A stretch of DNA of 64,000 bases from an uncultured Spirochaetales bacterium (GTDB lineage Bacteria > Myxococcota_A > UBA9160 > SMWR01), in assembly GCA_964653555.1 (NCBI GenBank), contig CAZZFT010000008.1:10467-74466 (forward strand). The letters are read 5' to 3'. The position numbers were made by a program, and so were the translations under genes. The notes beneath the pieces were generated by a model, which had not been told where the DNA came from, ran no database searches, and saw only the letters and a program-made list of their open reading frames with translations. Below are positions 57,964 through 64,000 of this stretch, piece after piece. Numbering within the stretch: the stretch's first letter is position 1; every line of letters begins with the position of its first letter.

Positions 57964-58414
57964 AGGCCTACGCGCGCGGCTCGGGGCGACCCTCGCCGTC
58001 CTCGCGATGCCGATCGCGTCGGCCGGCGTCGACCCCAGCCCGGCGGCGGACCGGGTGCCGCTGAACGTGATCGTCGTGCACACCTCCGACGCACCGGGCG
58101 GCGTGGACCCCCGGGCGCAGGAGCTCGACGCCCAGCTCAAGAAGCAGCTCCGCTACGAGAGCATGCGCGTCGTGAGCCAGGAGCGCATCGAGCTGGCGAT
58201 CGACGAGCTGGGGACGATCGCGCTCCCGGACGGTCGCACCGTCCGCTTCCGCCCGATTCACCGGGACGAGACCGGGGTGTTGATCGCCGTCGACGTCGAG
58301 GGGGCGGTGAAGCTGGACGCGCGCACCGCGAACCACCACAAACTGGTGATCGGCGCCGGGGCGTATCAGGACGGTCACCTGGCCGTCTCCCTGGAGCCGG
58401 ACTACGCGGACTGA
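57950..58414 (+). CDS. Exported hypothetical protein downstream of the ECF/anti-sigma pair
   Basis: GTG 57950, 14-nt overlap. Signal peptide MSRGRGLRARLGATLAVLAMPIASAG. Beta-rich mature part. Confidence 0.58.
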   Translation: MSRGRGLRARLGATLAVLAMPIASAGVDPSPAADRVPLNVIVVHTSDAPGGVDPRAQELDAQLKKQLRYESMRVVSQERIELAIDELGTIALPDGRTVRFRPIHRDETGVLIAVDVEGAVKLDARTANHHKLVIGAGAYQDGHLAVSLEPDYAD

Positions 58415-58428
58415 CCCCCGCTGGCGAC

Positions 58429-58443
58429 CGCCCCTCGGGGGCG
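58429..58443 (+). terminator. Possible terminator hairpin
   Basis: cgcccc-tcg-ggggcg (6-bp GC stem, 3-nt loop), 15 nt after the stop at 58414. No U-tract. Confidence 0.3.
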
Positions 58444-58544
58444 AGTCTAGGCCCCGATCCCGCCGCGGCGAAAAACTTCGGAGAATTTCTGCCACGCATC
58501 CCGCACGGGAGCCACATCCCTGGCAGACAGCAAAATATCCCCTT

Positions 58545-58592
58545 CCCAGGGAGGCCCGGGGTTCCGAACTCCGGGCCGTTCCCTTTCTGGGG
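58545..58592. other. Extended imperfect hairpin in a lower-GC non-coding spacer (candidate small RNA / structured element)
   Basis: cccaggga-ggcccgggg-TTCCGAA-ctccgggcc-gttccctttctgggg: 9-bp inner stem with a 7-nt loop plus outer pairing. A flanking 7-bp stem tctgcca/tggcaga lies at about 58485-58528. Confidence 0.25.
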
Positions 58593-58640
58593 CCCGCTGT
58601 GGCGGGGCCCGCTTCCGGTCGGGCCCGCGCGGGAGCCCGA

Positions 58641-59636
58641 TCAGGCGGGCGCGAGCAGCGACAGACTGAAGCGGCCTTCTCCGTCGAGCCACCGCTCCTC
58701 GACGCGCAGCGATGCCCGCCCGGCCAGCTCCGCGATCTCGGCCTCGGAGTACTTCGTCGAGTCCTCGACGTGGATGAACTCGCCGCGGGCGAACCGGTAG
58801 CGGGAGTCGAGCGCATCGATTCGCACCTCGTGCGTCCGCTGGCAGATCAGCCCGATCTCGACGCGCCCTCCGCCGTCGACCACGCGCGCCCGGTGGCGCC
58901 AGTCGGCGAGGTCGAAGTGGCCGTCCAGCTCCCGATTGATGCGCTCGAGCAGGTTCCGCGTGAAGCGGGCCGTGACACCCGAGGCGTCGTCGTAGGCGGC
59001 GGCAAGCACGCGCGCGTCCTTGCGCAGATCGACGCCGAGCAGCAGGCGATCCTCCGCGCCCATCGTGTCGCGGATGCCCGCCACGAAATCCGTCGCCTCC
59101 TCGCGGGTGAAGTTTCCGATGTTCGATCCCAGCCAGGCGATCAGCTTCGGCAGCCGCGTCTCCTTGCCGAGCTGGCGCAGGCCGTCGCGGTACTCGCTGG
59201 CGATCGCCAGGATCTCGAGCTGGCGGTAGTCGCCGAGCAGGGACTGGGCCGCCTCGTCGAGCATGCTGCGCGAGATGTCGACGGGCACGTAGCGCAAGCG
59301 CTCTTGTCGGCGCAGGAACGCCTCGATCAAGAGGCGAGTCTTGGTCGAGCTGCCGCTGCCGAGCTCGGCGAGCGCCGCCGGCGTCGCGCAGTGCGCGACG
59401 ATCGCGTCGGCGTGGTGCTCGAGGATCTCGTGCTCGGCGCGCGTGAGGTAGTACTCGGGCAGCTCGCAGATCGCCTCGAAGAGCTCCGAGCCGGTGGCGT
59501 CGTAGAGGAAACGGCAGGGCAGGGAGCGCGGCTCGCTCCCGAGACCGCTCTCGACGGCTTCCGCGAAGGAGTCGAGGTGATCGGCCCTGTTCTCTTCGAT
59601 CCACGCGTAGCGCGGGGATCGCTGCGCGCGAGGCAT
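58641..59636 (-). CDS. EgtD-like SAM-dependent L-histidine N-alpha-methyltransferase family protein
   Basis: Inner ATG 59636. LPCRFLYDATGSELFEAICELPEYYLTRAEHEIL, ELGSGSSTKTRLL, YVPVDIS, AWLGSNIGNF. Confidence 0.87.
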   Translation of the reverse strand: MPRAQRSPRYAWIEENRADHLDSFAEAVESGLGSEPRSLPCRFLYDATGSELFEAICELPEYYLTRAEHEILEHHADAIVAHCATPAALAELGSGSSTKTRLLIEAFLRRQERLRYVPVDISRSMLDEAAQSLLGDYRQLEILAIASEYRDGLRQLGKETRLPKLIAWLGSNIGNFTREEATDFVAGIRDTMGAEDRLLLGVDLRKDARVLAAAYDDASGVTARFTRNLLERINRELDGHFDLADWRHRARVVDGGGRVEIGLICQRTHEVRIDALDSRYRFARGEFIHVEDSTKYSEAEIAELAGRASLRVEERWLDGEGRFSLSLLAPA

Positions 59637-59720
59637 CGACCCTCCGAAGCGCGGGAGCATGCACCGGGCGATCCAGGCGTGCAAGATCCGGCGCGAGTGC
59701 GCCGGCGCTACCGTCCGCCC

Positions 59721-61682
<1,962 letters not shown>

Positions 61683-61810
61683 GCGCGACCCCCGACGCCG
61701 ATCGCCGGTGCCGAGGCATCGCCGAGGGCGGTCGCCTCCGGCGGACCCGGATCGGCGAAGTCCTCTCCGATCGAGGGTGGGGAACCCGCTCCTGCGGGAG
61801 GGGTTGGTGA

Positions 61811-61975
61811 GCCAGGAGCGCCGGCATCGGCGCGAGCCGGCAGTGCCAGGGCCTGCAGGCGCTGGACGGCAAGTCGGGAGACGGTGCGCGGCCGGTCTTC
61901 AAACGGGTCTTCCACGAGGCGGGGCTTCCCCTCGCGATTCCGACCGACAACGGCCCGCCCTTCGTGACCCCGCGC
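61811..61975 (+). mobile_element. Remnant of an IS481/IS3-type DDE integrase (rve) core domain
   Basis: Frame translation ...RQCQGLQALDGKSGDGARPVFKRVFHEAGLPLAIPTDNGPPFVTPRA matches the conserved ...F...GLP..IRTDNG.PF block of rve transposases. No start, a stop lies immediately upstream, no downstream catalytic Glu region, and no terminal repeats were seen. Confidence 0.5.
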
Positions 61976-62176
61976 GCCCCCCTTCCTCTCCAAAGCCCCC
62001 TGTTCCGAGGTCCCCGATCGCCCGACGGTCGTTCCGGTGCGTCGGCGGGGGTGCGCCGGACTGGCGGCCGTGGCAGGCGGCTGGGCACGGGCGGCACCGC
62101 GTCGCCCCACGTCCGGCCGGGCGGACTATCCTGCCGACTCGAGACGCAACCCGGAACCGGCAGCGAGGAGATCGCC

Positions 62177-62953
62177 ATGCCCGAGTACTGCCAGGTCGAG
62201 CGCGACGGCCATCTCTACGTCGTCACGATGAACCGTCCGGAAGTGATGAACTCCCTGCATCCCCCGGCCAACTTCGAGCTGGAGTCCGTGTTCGACGAGT
62301 TCGTCGCCGATCCGGATCTCTGGGTCGCGATCATCACGGGAGCGGGAGATCGCGCCTTCAGCGCCGGCAACGACCTCAAGTACACCGCACAGCACGGCGG
62401 CAGGCTCGAGATCAATCCAAAGGGCTTCGCCGGTCTCACCGCGCGCTACGACAACCCCAAGCCCGTGATCGCCGCCGTGAACGGCGTGGCGATGGGCGGC
62501 GGCTTCGAGATCGCCCTGGCCTGCGACCTGATCGTCGCGTCGGAGAAGGCCGTGTTCGCCCTCCCCGAGCCGCGGGTCGGCCTCGCGGCACTGGCGGGCG
62601 GCATGCAACGGCTGCCGCGGGCGATCCCGCTCAAGCACGCGATGGGCATGCTGCTGACCGGACGCCGCGTGAGCGCTGACGAGGGCTACCGGCTCGGCTT
62701 CGTGAACGAGGTGGTGCCCGAGGGCGAGGCGCTCGCCGGGGCGAAGCGCTGGGCGGAGCAGATCCTGGCCTGTGCGCCGCTCTCGGTGCGCGCCTCGAAG
62801 CAGTGCGCCTACCAGAGTCTCGACAAGGGGTCGCTCGAGGAGGCGTGCTCCGCTTCCTACGACCAGATCACCGCGATGGTGAAGGGCGAGGACTTCCTGG
62901 AGGGGCCGCGCGCCTTCGCCGAGAAGCGCGATCCCGTATGGAAGGGGCGCTGA
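62177..62953 (+). CDS. Enoyl-CoA hydratase/isomerase (crotonase) family protein
   Basis: ATG 62177 after GAGGAG. ITGAGDRAFSAGNDLK, AAVNGVAMGGGFEIALACDL, EGPRAFAEKRDPVWKG. Confidence 0.92.
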   Translation: MPEYCQVERDGHLYVVTMNRPEVMNSLHPPANFELESVFDEFVADPDLWVAIITGAGDRAFSAGNDLKYTAQHGGRLEINPKGFAGLTARYDNPKPVIAAVNGVAMGGGFEIALACDLIVASEKAVFALPEPRVGLAALAGGMQRLPRAIPLKHAMGMLLTGRRVSADEGYRLGFVNEVVPEGEALAGAKRWAEQILACAPLSVRASKQCAYQSLDKGSLEEACSASYDQITAMVKGEDFLEGPRAFAEKRDPVWKGR

Positions 62954-63005
62954 GGGTCGTCCGCGCCACCGTCCGGATCGCGCGCGCGCGCCGTGCCACC
63001 CGCCC

Positions 63006-63749
63006 GTGACCCGGCCCTGGCAGATCCTCGACCGCGTCGAATCGGCCGGCGGCGATCTCGCGCTGCGACGTCGGGGCGAGGACGACTTCCTGATCACCCT
63101 GGACGGCCGCGTGCTCATGACCAGCCGCGCCCACCGCTCCGAGACCGGGCTCGCGGCGTGGGTGTGCGAGGGCCTCGCGGCGAGCCGGCCCCGGGTGCTG
63201 ATCGGCGGCCTCGGCATGGGGTACACGCTGCGCGCCGCCCTCGACGTCCTGCCCCGGGAGGCAGCGGTGATCGTGGCGGAGCTCGAGCCGGCCGTGGTGG
63301 CCTGGTGCCGCGGTCCCCTGGCGCCGCTCACCGCCCGCGCGCTGGAGGACCGGCGTGTCGCCGTCGCGGTGGGAGACGTGATGGGTCCCGTGCGCGCCGC
63401 CGCGGGCGGGGCCGCCGCGCCCTACGACGCGATCGCCCTGGACCTCTTCGAGGGCCCGCGCGGCATCCGGTCCGAGGAGCGCCATCCCCTGTACGGTCTG
63501 GCAGCCCTCGGCGCCCTGCGCGACGCCCTGGTCCCCGGCGGTGCCCTGGGGATCTGGTCCGAGGAGCCGGCGCCGGGCTTCGTTCGCCGGCTGGCCCGGG
63601 TGGGGCTGCTCGCCGAGACCTGGCGCGCGGGTCGCGGCGGACGCCGCCACACGCTCTACCGCGCGCGGCGGACGCTTCAAGCCGCCGGCGAGGACGGCCG
63701 AAGCGACGGGGGTGACGGCGCCCTCGATCCTGCTCGTAGACGACGGTGA
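63006..63749 (+). CDS. Spermidine-synthase-like SAM-dependent methyltransferase-fold protein
   Basis: GTG 63006. VLIGGLGMGYTLRAAL, VAELEPAVV, YDAIALDLF: spermine/spermidine synthase-like pattern. Confidence 0.72.
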   Translation: MTRPWQILDRVESAGGDLALRRRGEDDFLITLDGRVLMTSRAHRSETGLAAWVCEGLAASRPRVLIGGLGMGYTLRAALDVLPREAAVIVAELEPAVVAWCRGPLAPLTARALEDRRVAVAVGDVMGPVRAAAGGAAAPYDAIALDLFEGPRGIRSEERHPLYGLAALGALRDALVPGGALGIWSEEPAPGFVRRLARVGLLAETWRAGRGGRRHTLYRARRTLQAAGEDGRSDGGDGALDPARRRR

Positions 63750-64000
63750 GCTCGATCGCGTGCAGTCGCTGCTCGAGCGTCTGCGCGTGGACTGGGTCCG
63801 CTGCGTCGAGCCCGAGAGCGGCTTCCCCCTCGAGCGACCGCGCGACGTGCTGGTCACCTCGGGTCCGCGCGCGATGCGGATGCCCCCGCTGGCGGGCGAC
63901 GGCGAGCCGCTCTGGGTATGCATCTACGACCAGAACTTCCTGCCCCTGCACGAGCGCCTGCGCGACCTCGGTATACACTATCTGGTGTCGGGCGAGCTCG
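63712..64000 (+). CDS. Hypothetical protein, 3' end beyond window
   Basis: GTG 63712: VTAPSILLVDDGELDRVQSLLERLRVDWVRCVEP...LWVCIYDQNFLPLHERLRDLGIHYLVSGEL. Balanced composition, open to the window end. Confidence 0.45.
   Translation, partial: MTAPSILLVDDGELDRVQSLLERLRVDWVRCVEPESGFPLERPRDVLVTSGPRAMRMPPLAGDGEPLWVCIYDQNFLPLHERLRDLGIHYLVSGEL

Noticed and set aside
58553-58577. tRNA-like T-arm (cgggg-TTCCGAA-ctccg)
   Set aside because: No acceptor stem partner, D-arm or anticodon arm could be built from the flanks. The stem extends to 9 bp, unlike a tRNA T-arm.
58599-59720. N-terminal 374-codon extension of the ABC-F ORF
   Set aside because: It is antisense to the well-supported EgtD-like gene and compositionally aberrant. 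The ABC-F homology starts at VLLRMDGVARSFG (59721).
62133-62143. gccgactcgag half-site resembling the REP core
   Set aside because: The second palindrome arm and the flanking ctcgcc…gcgcgtc context are absent, so this is probably chance.

Overview
A 64 kb, roughly 70%+ GC, densely coding chromosomal segment from a Gram-negative bacterium (lpxD, RND efflux, mreBCD-mrdA-rodA). The style resembles Myxococcota or a deltaproteobacterium, but the taxon cannot be fixed from sequence alone. About 65 credible protein genes were recovered by reading the supplied ORFs for family motifs. Most very long Arg/Ala/Gly/Pro-rich ORFs in the track are alternate-frame artefacts of the high GC. GTG and TTG starts are common, and many neighbouring genes overlap by 1-4 nt (ATGA, GTGA, TTGA), which suggests translational coupling. 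Core content: ftsH, the rod-shape cluster, hemA-hemC-cobA/hemD, polA, cysK, nrdJ, trxA, trxC, lpxD-rnhB-truD, an RND pump and an ABC-F ATPase. No rRNA, tRNA, CRISPR array or intact mobile element was seen. The most interesting signals are: (1) an RNA-repair/translation-stress supercluster at 8.5-14.3 kb holding an unknown protein, an HPF::cold-shock-domain fusion, a CBS::DksA-zinc-finger fusion, RtcB, archease, Hsp20, a small Zn-ribbon protein and a TraR/DksA protein; (2) sigma54-type -24/-12 elements correctly placed upstream of at least seven operons, including that cluster; (3) a Pcm::erythromycin-esterase-like fusion; (4) a 3-copy palindromic intergenic repeat at gene 3' ends; (5) two decayed genes (an internally deleted beta-CASP MBL hydrolase and a 1-nt frameshifted exported protein) plus an IS481-like integrase remnant; (6) a lower-GC structured non-coding spacer. 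All family calls come from motif recognition by eye; no database search was run.
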